A DNA stretch of 64,000 nucleotides from Opitutales bacterium (GTDB taxonomy: Bacteria > Verrucomicrobiota > Verrucomicrobiia > Opitutales > JBHJGM01): positions 11,187-75,186 of the forward strand of contig JBHJGM010000009.1 of NCBI GenBank assembly GCA_050331815.1, written 5' to 3'. The notes beneath the pieces were generated by a model. It was not told the DNA's origin. It saw only the letters and a list, made by a program, of their open reading frames with translations, and searched no databases. Positions 28,212-37,847 of the stretch are shown in pieces (the stretch's first letter is position 1; every line of letters begins with the position of its first letter). The translations under genes were made by a program, and so were the position numbers.

Positions 28212-29123
28212 TCAGACGCCCAGACCGTCGCGTCCGGGCACGCCAATCTTGAAGGCCTCGTGCAGGTCTTCGGCAGAGATCTCGCGGTCGAAGAAGCGAC
28301 TGGCGGCCACCATGTAGGTCAACCCCAGCTGCAACGCCTGCCCGTAATGGCTGTGGGCGTCGACGACAAGGTTGGCCAATGGATCGGTAGACTGCATGGG
28401 CACCTGCATGGCGTGTTCGTTTTCGAGCGCGCGCGCCTGAGCCACGATCGGGTCTTCCGAATCGTAGTAATTCGGCTCTTCGACAAACTTGCGCCACAGC
28501 TCCGGATCGGGGTCCAAGATCGCCTTGGCGTAGCGCGGGAGCGAGTCCTGGAAATGCTGAATGCGTGAGGAGACGTTGCCGATCCAGGCCCAGACGTCGT
28601 CAGGCTCGGGAATGAAGGTGTGCAAGCGGATCAACTGAGCCTGTAGCAGCGTTTCCGCAAGTTGGCTGGCGCGCGCCATCTCCGGCTTGGCATCGATGGC
28701 GACCTTGGCAGCCGCATCGAAAACACCCGCGTACGGATCATCGGGCTGGTTTTGAAAGACGTTTCGGTAGACCACGGCGTCGTGGTAAATTGTACACTCG
28801 CGGGGCTTGCCCAGGGGCTCGGGCTCGACCTCGCGCAGAAGCGGCTTGACCTGGCGGTCGGCGGCGCGATGGCTCATCCAGCCAATGACAAAGGCCAAGC
28901 GCTTGGAGGCTTCGGGGCGTTTTTCAGCGTCGGGCCACTCGTCACGAATGCGCTCCAAGAGGCCCACCGTAAAGCGATCACCCCAGCGCGTGATCGAACC
29001 CAGGCGGCAGACAGCCACCTGTTCGCGCGCGGTGTAGTGAAAGGACTCAGTGATTGAGGCGGAGGCCAGCAGCAGGCGCAACCCGTCGTTGAGCAGGGCG
29101 ATGTGGGCGATGTTTTCGGACAT
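28212..29123 (-). CDS. Hypothetical protein (possible zinc-dependent hydrolase-like His motifs; function unassigned)
   Basis: 303 aa with coding-like composition. His-containing motifs IAHIALL, GWMSHRAADR, YHDAVVY. Nothing I can assign firmly. Confidence 0.55.
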   Translation of the reverse strand: MSENIAHIALLNDGLRLLLASASITESFHYTAREQVAVCRLGSITRWGDRFTVGLLERIRDEWPDAEKRPEASKRLAFVIGWMSHRAADRQVKPLLREVEPEPLGKPRECTIYHDAVVYRNVFQNQPDDPYAGVFDAAAKVAIDAKPEMARASQLAETLLQAQLIRLHTFIPEPDDVWAWIGNVSSRIQHFQDSLPRYAKAILDPDPELWRKFVEEPNYYDSEDPIVAQARALENEHAMQVPMQSTDPLANLVVDAHSHYGQALQLGLTYMVAASRFFDREISAEDLHEAFKIGVPGRDGLGV

Positions 29124-29186
29124 ACCCCACAGCTTGGCGCTTTGCCTGAAGCGCTGGCAACGGCAATCCGTCGGTGTCGTATCGAG

Positions 29187-30110
29187 TCAGCTGGCTGTGC
29201 CGCCCAGGCGCTTGCGCACGAGGTCGTACTGATCGCTGGCTTCTTCGGCGTGGTAGGAAGAGCGCACCAGCGGGCCGGATTCGCAGACGCCGAAACCAAT
29301 TTCCAGCGCGAAGGCCTTCCACGCGTCGAATTCCTCGGGCGTGACCCAGCGGTCGATGGGGGCGTGCTTGGGCGTAGGCTGGAGGTATTGGCCGAGGGTC
29401 AGAATGTCGACTTCGACCGCACGCAGGTCGCGCAAGGTCTGGGCCACCTCTTCTTTTTGCTCGCCGATGCCCAGCATGAGCCCTGACTTGGTGATGAAGC
29501 CGCGGCGCTTGGCGTGGTCGAGCACCCACAGTGTGCGCTCGTAGCGCGCCGTTCGCCGGATGGGGCGTTGCAGGCGTTCGACGGTCTCCATGTTGTGGTT
29601 GAGAATGTCCGGCGCGGCGTCGAGCACCGTATCCAACTGGTCGGCGTTGCCCTGAAAGTCGGGAATGAGCACCTCGACGGCGGTGCCGGGGTTGCGATGG
29701 CGCACCGCACGGATGGTGGCCGCCCAGACAGAAGCCCCGCCGTCCTTCAAATCATCCCGAGCCACAGAGGTGATGACCGCATGCTTCAGGCCCATTTGGG
29801 CAACGGCTTCGGCAACCCGTGCAGGTTCGCCCAGGTCGAGTTCGGTGGGCCGCCCGGTAATGATATTGCAAAAGGTGCAGGCACGCGTGCAGACGTTGCC
29901 TAGAATCATCAGCGTCGCGGTACCGCGCGACCAACACTCGCCCATGTTCGGGCACTGGGCGCTCTGGCAGACCGTGTGCAGCTTTTTGCCCTCAACGAGT
30001 CCGAGCGTCTCCTTGTACGCCGGGCTGCTGGGCAGCTTCGCACGCAGCCACGGTGGCTTGCGTTTTAAACTGGAAGTATCCGGGTTTTCAGCGGTTTGGG
30101 TCATCTTCAA
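29187..30110 (-). CDS. lipA: Lipoyl synthase
   Basis: 307 aa with CQSAQCPNMGECW plus the radical-SAM CTRACTFC cluster motifs. Confidence 0.93.
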   Translation of the reverse strand: MKMTQTAENPDTSSLKRKPPWLRAKLPSSPAYKETLGLVEGKKLHTVCQSAQCPNMGECWSRGTATLMILGNVCTRACTFCNIITGRPTELDLGEPARVAEAVAQMGLKHAVITSVARDDLKDGGASVWAATIRAVRHRNPGTAVEVLIPDFQGNADQLDTVLDAAPDILNHNMETVERLQRPIRRTARYERTLWVLDHAKRRGFITKSGLMLGIGEQKEEVAQTLRDLRAVEVDILTLGQYLQPTPKHAPIDRWVTPEEFDAWKAFALEIGFGVCESGPLVRSSYHAEEASDQYDLVRKRLGGTAS

Positions 30111-30221
30111 AAGTCAGTTTCGACAAGGAGGCCGGCAAGTTCAAGTCTACGCGGAGCTTTCGCGCTCTGCCGGCAAGCCCGGCTTGGGGATTGCTTCAAC
30201 AATGGAGGTAGGTGAAACTTA

Positions 30222-30518
30222 ATGCTCCCAAACTCCCTTTATTCATCCCCTCGCCCTATGGAACTGCCCAACCTCATTGCTTACGGCATCATCGCCGCCG
30301 GAGCCGGCCTGGCTTTGTTCATCATTATGAAAGTCGGCCAGAAGCTGCTGAAGTTCGCGGCCATCGTCTTCCTGCTGGTGGTCGGCTACTACTTCGTCCA
30401 AGGCGGTTCGGCGACAGAGATACGCCAATCTCTGGACGAAGCGTGGCAATCGATCACCGGCGCGGCCAACGAAGTTCTGGAGAAGACCGAAGACGCTGCC
30501 GAGGACGTGGTCGAGTAA
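30222..30518 (+). CDS. Hypothetical small membrane protein (two TM helices)
   Basis: 98 aa with LIAYGIIAAGAGLALFIIM and FAAIVFLLVVGYYFV helices. The Met at 30258 is a likely alternative start. Confidence 0.5.
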   Translation: MLPNSLYSSPRPMELPNLIAYGIIAAGAGLALFIIMKVGQKLLKFAAIVFLLVVGYYFVQGGSATEIRQSLDEAWQSITGAANEVLEKTEDAAEDVVE

Positions 30519-30542
30519 GCCAACGGGCTCCTTACGGCAGGC

Positions 30543-31502
30543 TCAGGCGGCCAGCGTTTTGAGCGTGATGCGCAGTTTGCGGCGTTTGCGCACGTAGGCT
30601 CGCGACGAAAACACATCGTAATCGCGCCGTTCGATCTCGTCGAGGATGCCGGCGTAAATGCGCGCCATCAACCGTGCGCAGAAACGTGAGCCATCGGCCC
30701 GCAACAGGGGCAGCCCTTCAGAACCCAGGCGGAAATACTCCCGGGCGCGCCCGATTTGAAACTGCATGAAGCCACGCCAGCGATCATCAACAACCCCATC
30801 GGCCAGGTCGGCGTCGCTGAGGTCGTGGGCCGCAAGTTCATCCGCCGGCAGATAAATGCGCCCCATCTCGAAGTCCTCGCGCACGTCGCGCAGGATGTTC
30901 GTTAGTTGCATGGCGATGCCCATGTCGACCGCCTGCTCCATGCCGGTACGCCCCTTCAACCCAAACACACGGCTCATCATCAGCCCCACCACCGAGGCAA
31001 CCCCGTAGCAGTAGCTTTCCAGTTCGGCAAAGTTGGCCAGACGCACCGAACGGCAGTCGCGGCAGCAGCCGGCCACCAGCTCAAAGAAAAGCTCCTCGGG
31101 GATGCTGTACTGTGTGACCGCAGCACGGAACGCCGCCGCAAACGGCAGCGAACTCCCTCCGCCAAGCATGCGGCGCACCTCAGCATGCAGGTCTTCGGGA
31201 TCCGGCCCCCCTGCGATGTCGGATTCGTCGATGCAGTCGTCGACCCAGCGGCAGAACGCGTACAGGGCAAAGGCCGCCTGCTTGCCGGCGGGCGGCAACG
31301 GAAAGGACGAGAAGTAAAAACTCTTGGCGTGCTTACGCGTCATCTGGCGACACACCGCGAGGGAATTGCGCAGATCATTACGCAGATGCCAGTCGGGCTC
31401 TGGCTGCAGGGGCGGCCAGTTTTTGGGGAGGCGTTGCTTAAGCTGGGGAGACACGCAAAAAGGCAGGGCGCAAGGATCGGGTCTGGCCCGTGGGGACTGC
31501 AA
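30543..31502 (-). CDS. Squalene/phytoene synthase family enzyme
   Basis: 319 aa with SKSFYFSSFPLP..ALYAFCRWVDDCIDE (first Asp-rich motif) and LTNILRDVREDFEMGRIYLP (second motif). Confidence 0.85.
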   Translation of the reverse strand: MQSPRARPDPCALPFCVSPQLKQRLPKNWPPLQPEPDWHLRNDLRNSLAVCRQMTRKHAKSFYFSSFPLPPAGKQAAFALYAFCRWVDDCIDESDIAGGPDPEDLHAEVRRMLGGGSSLPFAAAFRAAVTQYSIPEELFFELVAGCCRDCRSVRLANFAELESYCYGVASVVGLMMSRVFGLKGRTGMEQAVDMGIAMQLTNILRDVREDFEMGRIYLPADELAAHDLSDADLADGVVDDRWRGFMQFQIGRAREYFRLGSEGLPLLRADGSRFCARLMARIYAGILDEIERRDYDVFSSRAYVRKRRKLRITLKTLAA

Positions 31503-31558
31503 GCATGGGTTCCCGCGCCGAGCGGCTTGTGTAATTGAAAAGATGGCCGAAATAAAAG

Positions 31559-31643
31559 TGGTGCTCAGGGCGGGACTCGAACCCGCACACCCGAAGGCAC
31601 TGCCCCCTCAAGACAGCGTGTCTGCCAGTTCCACCACCTGAGC
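31559..31643 (-). tRNA. tRNA-Leu (anticodon GAG), CCA encoded
   Basis: Reverse complement reads GCTCAGGTGGTGGAACTGGCAGACACGCTGTCTTGAGGGGGCAGTGCCTTCGGGTGTGCGGGTTCGAGTCCCGCCCTGAGCACCA. Acceptor GCTCAGG/CCTGAGC, anticodon loop TTGAGGG, long variable arm, T-arm GCGGGTTCGAGTCCCGC. Confidence 0.92.
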
Positions 31644-31663
31644 GATATCGGCGAAAAACGACG

Positions 31664-31692
31664 TTGAAAGTTCAAATGGTAGGATCTAATCT
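31664..31692 (+). promoter_or_regulatory. Candidate sigma70-type promoter upstream of the RGG/IDR protein gene
   Basis: TTGAAA (31664-31669), 17-nt spacer, TAATCT (31687-31692), in a lower-GC intergenic stretch. Implies a 5' UTR of about 170 nt. Pattern match only. Confidence 0.25.
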
Positions 31693-31869
31693 CGACAACT
31701 CAACCTGAAAAAGCGACTTCGTCGAAGCCTCCCACGTCGAATTTGCAGGCCTTCCTTCCTGAACTTTTTTCCTGTCGTGCAACGGTTTTGTGAATCGCCC
31801 TCTTTTACATTGGCTTCTCTCGGGTGAGGTTCTAATTCGACCTCCCTTTTTCATTGGTCCCCATCGCGT

Positions 31870-34287
31870 ATGTCCGGCACCAGCGGCGACAATCCGTCCG
31901 ACGCACTCAATCAGGGCATAGACCTGAGTGAGCTGCAAAACCTGCAATTCGGTCCGGACTGGACCGAAGACAGTACTTCGCGCGATCACAGTCGCGCCAC
32001 GGGCCGTGACGAACGTCGTCCCGGGGGCGGTTCTCGTGGCGGCGGTCCCGCCCGCAAAGATCGGCGCTCTGGCGGACGCCCCGAAAGACGCGCGCCCAGC
32101 AACCGCGGCGGCGGCGGGGATCGAACGGGAGCCGGCGGCTCGCCTCAAGGTGGCCAACGCGGACGCGGCGGCCCGCGCGGTGAACGCGACTCGGGTGCTC
32201 GTGGTGAGCGGCGGGGCGGACGTTCGCAGGGCCGTGGTCAATTCCAACCGCCCTTTCAGCCGACCGTCGACGTCCTGTTTTACCCGGAAGACATTCCTTT
32301 CCGCGCGCTGACCAAGGCCCTGCGTGCCTCCATGCGTACGTATGAGTTGTTCGAAATCGCCCGGCTTATTCTGGACAAGCCCGATCGTTTTGTCGTGGTG
32401 GTGAAGCAAAAAGGCGCCTCCAAACATCGGAAAGACGACGACGAAAGCTCCAAGGAACCCAAGGAGATGGAACCGGATGCCGAGGGCGGTTTTGTAATTA
32501 CCCTGCCCGATGGCGTGCCCTTTGAAAACGAAGACGCCGCGCTGAGTCACGTGCTCAAGCACCAGCTCGAGCAGTTTTTCCGGACCGAAGAGGTCGAGGT
32601 GGAGCCGCCCAAGGGCTCATTCCAGTTTGTGAACCGCTGCTCGATCACCGGTGTATTGCTGGGCCCGCCCAATTATCACCGCTACCAGGCGATTGTGCAG
32701 GCGCATCACGCCGAGCGGCTCGCGCACATGCCCTTCGAGCGTTTCCAGTCCAAGATTGAGCAGGTGCGCGAACAGGAAGTCATCGACCAGTGGATGCAAC
32801 AGATGACCAAAGCCACGCGCTACATCCTCAAGGAGCCCGGCGAAAACGATCCGCCCTTTTTTGAGTCTGCCGAAAGCGCAAAGCACTTCCTGGCTTCGCA
32901 ACGCCGGGCCAAAATCCTGCGCAAGGTTGAATCGCCGCGCATGTCGGGCAAGCAGATTGAGCACATGCCCGAGACGGACCTGCGCCGCTCGATTGAAACC
33001 GTGCTCGAACAGCAGCACCGCTTTCCGCTGGACACCGCCAACAACCTGCGCGGGCGCCTGCGCCGCATGCGTTTCAACATTTATAAGCGTGGCTCAAAGG
33101 GAGTTTCGTACGTCTCGGCCATCAAGCGGAAGTTCCGCGACGAGAAGACGCGCTTCTCCGAATCGATCGAGGGTTTGATCCAGTTTCTCGAGGCCCACCC
33201 GAACATTTCGATCACCGAGCTTCCCGAGAAGTACCTCGGCCTGGACCTTGAAGCGTTGCGCCAGCCGCTTGAGGAAACGCCACCGGCGGCACCCGCCGAT
33301 ACTCAGGCTCCGGCGGTCGCAGCGGAAACCGCTCCCCCAGCTCAGGAAACGGCGACTCCAACTGAGGCCGCAGCCTCAGCCACCGATGCTGAAACGACCG
33401 TCAGCGCGGAAAAGCCGGATACGGTCGAAGCTCCCGCCGCTGCTTTGGAATCAGAACCGGCTATCCCTGCGCAAGCCGATGCACCGGTTGAAGCCGTTGT
33501 CGCTGAAACGTCCGTAAACGAGGAAGCCCAGGCACCTGCGGCTCCCGAAGCCGTTGCCGCCGATAAGACCGATACATCTGCGGAAGCCTCGCCCGCGGAC
33601 GCCGAATCTGTACCGGCTGAAGCTCCGGTTGACGAGTCTGCCAAAGCTTCTGCGCCCGAGCCCGCCGCTTCCTCGGACCAAGTCGAACAAAAAGCAGCAG
33701 CCGCGGCCCCGCCGGCCAAGCCGCAGGACGAGTTTCCTCGGGCCACACCTGAGCAGAAAGCCAAGCTGCGTCAGATGTCCAGCGATCTGCGTTGGCTGGT
33801 AGCCGAAGGCTATGTGACGGAATTTGGCGACGGCACTCTGTTCGCCCCACCCGCAGTTTCCACGCCGGCGCCCAAGCCCAAAGAGCCGAAGCCTGCGCCC
33901 GAGCCCGCAACAGGCAGTGCCGCCACGCAAGCCGCTGCGCCGCCCGTGGCCGAGGTGGCTCACGATACGCCCGTGTCGGAGGCTGCACCGCCCGCTCAGG
34001 CAGCGGAAACGCCTGCCGCCTCAGGCGAGGAGACGGTTGTCCCGGCACCACCTCCCCAACCAGAGTCGTCGGTGTCTGCAACAACAATGGAGACGACCGC
34101 GACGCCTTCGCAGCCGCCGCCTGTTGAAACCGCGCCCGGGCTGGATCCAGCCACGACGTCCGCAGCTGAAACACCCTCGAGCGACGGCGATACAACCGTC
34201 GAAAAAGAACCGGAACATCCTGAGGCCGACGCTGTTCCCGCCGCGTCCGCCAGCGAGGTTACCAGCAGCGAAGACAAGCCGAACTGA
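31870..34287 (+). CDS. Large hypothetical protein: RGG-rich disordered N-terminus, globular middle, Ala/Pro/Glu-rich disordered C-terminus
   Basis: 805 aa with coding-like GC3 throughout. Residues about 35-125 are Arg/Gly repeats (GGGSRGGGPARKDRRSGGRPERR..RGGRSQGRGQ). The middle (about 130-470) has ordinary composition. The last about 330 aa are A/P/E/T low complexity. Confidence 0.7.
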   Translation: MSGTSGDNPSDALNQGIDLSELQNLQFGPDWTEDSTSRDHSRATGRDERRPGGGSRGGGPARKDRRSGGRPERRAPSNRGGGGDRTGAGGSPQGGQRGRGGPRGERDSGARGERRGGRSQGRGQFQPPFQPTVDVLFYPEDIPFRALTKALRASMRTYELFEIARLILDKPDRFVVVVKQKGASKHRKDDDESSKEPKEMEPDAEGGFVITLPDGVPFENEDAALSHVLKHQLEQFFRTEEVEVEPPKGSFQFVNRCSITGVLLGPPNYHRYQAIVQAHHAERLAHMPFERFQSKIEQVREQEVIDQWMQQMTKATRYILKEPGENDPPFFESAESAKHFLASQRRAKILRKVESPRMSGKQIEHMPETDLRRSIETVLEQQHRFPLDTANNLRGRLRRMRFNIYKRGSKGVSYVSAIKRKFRDEKTRFSESIEGLIQFLEAHPNISITELPEKYLGLDLEALRQPLEETPPAAPADTQAPAVAAETAPPAQETATPTEAAASATDAETTVSAEKPDTVEAPAAALESEPAIPAQADAPVEAVVAETSVNEEAQAPAAPEAVAADKTDTSAEASPADAESVPAEAPVDESAKASAPEPAASSDQVEQKAAAAAPPAKPQDEFPRATPEQKAKLRQMSSDLRWLVAEGYVTEFGDGTLFAPPAVSTPAPKPKEPKPAPEPATGSAATQAAAPPVAEVAHDTPVSEAAPPAQAAETPAASGEETVVPAPPPQPESSVSATTMETTATPSQPPPVETAPGLDPATTSAAETPSSDGDTTVEKEPEHPEADAVPAASASEVTSSEDKPN

Positions 34288-34295
34288 CCGCGGGC

Positions 34296-34742
34296 TCAGC
34301 CTGCCGTCAGTTGAATTTCGCGCCGATTTTCCGATACCGCAGACAGCCGCAGCCAATAGTGCTTCGGGGGTAGCCAGGGCCGCACGTTTTCCGGCCATTC
34401 AATCGCGAGCACGGTCTGCGCATCCATCCAGTCCTCGAGTCCTAGGTCATCCATCTGCGTTGGAGCACTCAGTCGATAGGCGTCAACGTGGAGCAGTCGA
34501 CGCGGACCGTTGTATATCTGAAACAGATTAAATGTGGGACTCGTCACCGGTGTCTCGCAACCCAACCCGCGCGCCAGCCCGCGCACGAAGCAGGTCTTTC
34601 CAGCGCCGAGTGGTCCTTCCAGGCAAATAATCGCCTGACCGGCCAGCGCAACGGCGAGATCTGCGCCGATGTTTTCGGTTTGCTCTGGCGAATCCGTTTG
34701 CACGCCTTGGCGAAGCTGCTCCAGCAATTCGGCCGGGCTCAT
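34296..34742 (-). CDS. tsaE: tRNA t6A37 biosynthesis ATPase TsaE (YjeE)
   Basis: LEGPLGAGKTCFVRGLARGLG, VTSPTFNLFQIY, LLHVDAYRL. The Met at 34742 gives an ATGA overlap with the thiL stop. Confidence 0.88.
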   Translation of the reverse strand: MSPAELLEQLRQGVQTDSPEQTENIGADLAVALAGQAIICLEGPLGAGKTCFVRGLARGLGCETPVTSPTFNLFQIYNGPRRLLHVDAYRLSAPTQMDDLGLEDWMDAQTVLAIEWPENVRPWLPPKHYWLRLSAVSENRREIQLTAG

Positions 34743-35716
34743 CGGTGCTCCCAGCCTCCGGCAAACGGCAGGGGTTTGCCTTGTGCATCGAGGAGCGCGG
34801 CCTGCGTTTGGTCGCGCGAGACGACCGTTCCGATGCACGTGAGTTCGGTGTCAAACTCGCCACGCCAGGCCTGAGCAAAACGACTGGCGTCCGCCTGTCC
34901 GTCGCTGACAAAGGCCAGCTCGTAGTCTTCGCCATCGGTAAAGGCATGCTCCAGAGGTGACTTGCCCGATTTGCTTGCAGACGCGCGCGCAGCCTCGCTG
35001 AGTGGAATCGCATTCAGGTCGAGCCTGGCCGCGGCTTCGGTCCCGATCAACTTGGGGAGGTCGCTGGCGAGACCATCGGAAAGATCGATGGCACTTGTGA
35101 TGCAGCGCTGCCGCGCCAGCCACTGGCCCTCGGCCAGACGTGGCATAAAGTTCAGGTGCGCGCCTCGCAGACTCCCGCCAAGCCTGCCGCTTACCCAAAG
35201 AACATCCCCCGTCCGCGCGAGGCCCCGGGGCAAAGGCCGCTCGGCCCAGCCCGAAAGAAAGAGCGAGGCCGCGAAGGTGCCAGGCGGCGCGCCTGAAACA
35301 TCGCCCCCGGCCAGCGTCACGGAAAAACGGATACAGTCCGCGCGCATGCCGGCAAAAAACGCCTGTAACCACTTCATGGATACGCCGCTGCCGAGAAAAA
35401 GCGTGAGCAGCGCCGTTTCGGGCGTCGCGCCCATGGCGGCAAAGTCGCTGAGGTTGCGCCGCAGGAGCTTGCCAGCGGTGGCTTCGGCAGGAGCCGAGTC
35501 GTCGAAGTGCAGGCCATAAACCAGGGAATCCGCCGCCTGGACCGCGCAAAAACCTTCGGGTATTAAAGATTTGAATACGGCCGCATCGTCGCTTCGGCCA
35601 AACGGTTGCAACAGCTGCGGGTCCGCGCCCAGCCAGTCGTCGAGCGCCGCCAGCAGGCGCCCTTCACCAAAGGTAGCAAAGGCGTCAGCCGGGTTGCTGG
35701 TCAGCGGTGAGGGCAT
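34739..35716 (-). CDS. thiL: Thiamine-monophosphate kinase
   Basis: 325 aa, AIR-synthase-related fold, with DDAAVF, NLSDFAAMGA and AIDLSDGLASDL motifs. Confidence 0.88.
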   Translation of the reverse strand: MPSPLTSNPADAFATFGEGRLLAALDDWLGADPQLLQPFGRSDDAAVFKSLIPEGFCAVQAADSLVYGLHFDDSAPAEATAGKLLRRNLSDFAAMGATPETALLTLFLGSGVSMKWLQAFFAGMRADCIRFSVTLAGGDVSGAPPGTFAASLFLSGWAERPLPRGLARTGDVLWVSGRLGGSLRGAHLNFMPRLAEGQWLARQRCITSAIDLSDGLASDLPKLIGTEAAARLDLNAIPLSEAARASASKSGKSPLEHAFTDGEDYELAFVSDGQADASRFAQAWRGEFDTELTCIGTVVSRDQTQAALLDAQGKPLPFAGGWEHR

Positions 35717-35717
35717 C

Positions 35718-36524
35718 TCATTCGAGGGGCAGCCAGATTGAAAGGACGGTCATCGCGTTGAAGAGCCCGTGCATCACAATGGGGACCAGCAGTCGGCCGG
35801 TCTTTTGGTACGCGCGGGCAAAGAGGTAGCCTAGAACAGTCAGCGGCACAATCGCGATGGGGTGCAGGTGCATCAGCCCAAAGAGCAGTCCGCTCAGCCA
35901 CGCGGCCATGTTCGGGGAGAGGTACTTGATCAAAAACCGGAAGACCCCGTGACGAAAAATCAGCTCCTCGGCGATCGGTGCCAGCCCGACCGCGCCCAGG
36001 CCCAGCAAAAACATCGCCAACGCGGATTCGGTCGTGGCCAGGGTGGTGACGATTTCCTGTATCGGTGCGGCTTGGGGATAGGCCGACTGCAGGAAAACGT
36101 ACCAGGCTTGCTGCACCAAAAACACAAGCGGCAGGGCCGCGAACAAAAAGAAGACGCCCAGCCCAAAGCCACGCAACAGCGGCAGCGCGGGTTTCCAGTC
36201 GAGTAGTTCGTCGCGCTTGCCTTTGAGCACCGTGAAAAAGACCAGTGCGGTCAGCAGCCAGGCCCCTTGTGTCGCTACCACGACCAGACCCGTTCGCAGG
36301 TCATCGGCGTAGGCGAGTCGCTCGGCCAGCCCCGCCGCCAGTATGCTCACCATAGTGGCCGAAAACAGCACCACCCAGATAAAGACGATGAACTCCGCTA
36401 TGGAGATGCGCCAGGGGGCCGGAGCGGGTCCGGCCGAGCGCCCCCAAAAGAGCAACCCGTCCAGTAGCAGGCACGCCAGACTGACGGCCAGGATTCCCCC
36501 CGAGATTAGATATTCCGGCGACAC
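35718..36524 (-). CDS. CPBP-family intramembrane glutamic endopeptidase (CAAX protease-like)
   Basis: 268 aa multi-pass protein with motifs EELIFRHGVFRFL, FGLMHL and HGLFNAM. Confidence 0.85.
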   Translation of the reverse strand: MSPEYLISGGILAVSLACLLLDGLLFWGRSAGPAPAPWRISIAEFIVFIWVVLFSATMVSILAAGLAERLAYADDLRTGLVVVATQGAWLLTALVFFTVLKGKRDELLDWKPALPLLRGFGLGVFFLFAALPLVFLVQQAWYVFLQSAYPQAAPIQEIVTTLATTESALAMFLLGLGAVGLAPIAEELIFRHGVFRFLIKYLSPNMAAWLSGLLFGLMHLHPIAIVPLTVLGYLFARAYQKTGRLLVPIVMHGLFNAMTVLSIWLPLE

Positions 36525-36539
36525 ACTACCAGGCGACCC

Positions 36540-37847
36540 CTAGATAGCGGTTGAAACCGCGGCCTCGTGCACCAGCCGACCGCCCACAAAGGTGTAGCGG
36601 ATTTCGCCGTGCAGCGCACGGTGGTTCCAGGGCGAGTTGAAGGAGCGGCTGTGCGTGCGCGCGGGTTCGAAGACAAAGCTGCTTTTGGGGTCGAAAACGA
36701 CCACGTCAGCCGGACTGCCGGGCTTGAGCGAACCCGCCTCCAGATGCAGCAGCTTGGCCGGAGCGGTGCTCAGCCGCTCAATCAAAAACGGCAGGCCGAC
36801 CTTGCCCGAGTTGACCAGTGTTTCCAGGCACACGGGCAGGGCCGTTTCTAGCCCGGTGATCCCGAAGGGCGCGTAGTCGAACTCGACATCTTTTTCGTCG
36901 GGCGTGTGCGGGGCGTGGTCGGTGGCGATGATGTCGAGCGTGCCGTCGACCAGTCCCTCGATCAGCGCCTGGCGATCAGACTCGGCCCGCAGCGGTGGGT
37001 TCATCTTGAAGTTTGTATTGTATTCACGGATACATTCGTCCGTAAGCGAGAGGTGGTGCGGGGTGGCTTCGGCGGTCACGCGGATGCCCCGCTGCTTGGC
37101 GCGGCGGATGATGTCCACCGAATACGCCGAGCTGACGTGCTGCATATGAATGTGCGCGCCAGTGTGCGAAGACAGGATGATGTTGCGGGCCACGATGATA
37201 TCCTCCGCCGGCGAGGGCCAGCCCCGCAGCCCCAACTTGAGGGACCACATCCCCTCGTGCACGACTGAGCCGGCGGTCATCGACATATCCTGGCAGTGGT
37301 CCATGACCGGCAGATCGAACATCTTCGCGTACTCGACCGCGCGGCGCATCAACTCGCTGTTTTGGATGCAATCGCCGTCGTCGGTGATGGCAACCACCCC
37401 CGCCCGCTTCAGCGAACCGATGGGGGCCAGGCGCTCACCCTTGCGACCGACCGTGATGCAGCCGGTAGTGTGTACACGGACGCAGGCCTTGCTCGCGATG
37501 ACGTTGTGAATGTACTCGATGGTGCCGGCGTTGTCGCAAGGCGGGCTGGTGTTGGGCATGCAAACCACGGTGGTAAAACCGCCCGCCGCGGCTGCGCGAG
37601 TGCCGGTTTCGATGGTCTCCTTGTGCGTCTGGCCGGGTTCGCGAAAGTGCACGTGAATGTCGACCAGCCCCGGGCAGACCACCAGGCCGTTTGCGTCGAT
37701 CCGCCGGGCGTGCTTGCGCTGGTCCGCGTCGAGCCCTTCGACGATACGGCCGTCCACGGCAAACACATCGCCGGGGCCGTCGCGTTGAGCAGACGGGTCG
37801 ATGACCTGCCCACCTTCAATCCACAGCGGTGCCTTGTCCAGAATCAC
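36540..37847 (-). CDS. pyrC: Dihydroorotase (long, allantoinase-like type)
   Basis: 435 aa with DIHVHFREPGQTHKETIETGTRAAAAGGFTTV and IATDHAPH motifs. 4-nt overlap with pyrB. Confidence 0.9.
   Translation of the reverse strand: MILDKAPLWIEGGQVIDPSAQRDGPGDVFAVDGRIVEGLDADQRKHARRIDANGLVVCPGLVDIHVHFREPGQTHKETIETGTRAAAAGGFTTVVCMPNTSPPCDNAGTIEYIHNVIASKACVRVHTTGCITVGRKGERLAPIGSLKRAGVVAITDDGDCIQNSELMRRAVEYAKMFDLPVMDHCQDMSMTAGSVVHEGMWSLKLGLRGWPSPAEDIIVARNIILSSHTGAHIHMQHVSSAYSVDIIRRAKQRGIRVTAEATPHHLSLTDECIREYNTNFKMNPPLRAESDRQALIEGLVDGTLDIIATDHAPHTPDEKDVEFDYAPFGITGLETALPVCLETLVNSGKVGLPFLIERLSTAPAKLLHLEAGSLKPGSPADVVVFDPKSSFVFEPARTHSRSFNSPWNHRALHGEIRYTFVGGRLVHEAAVSTAI

Noticed and set aside
31503-31869. 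tRNA-Leu as a possible genomic-island integration site
   Set aside because: There is no integrase, no direct repeat of the tRNA 3' end, and no compositional break in the flanking genes. The neighbours are ordinary chromosomal genes.
31672-32562. 296 aa minus-strand ORF overlapping the RGG region, and other minus-strand ORFs in 33342..34398
   Set aside because: They are mirror images of the repetitive GC-rich coding sequence of the 805 aa plus-strand gene. The plus frame continues into a normal-composition globular domain, while the minus frames do not.
33250-34287. Possible tandem DNA repeat array inside the Ala/Pro/Glu-rich coding region
   Set aside because: The repetitiveness is at the amino-acid composition level. 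I could not find a consistent nucleotide period or exact repeated units, so it is treated as low-complexity coding sequence.
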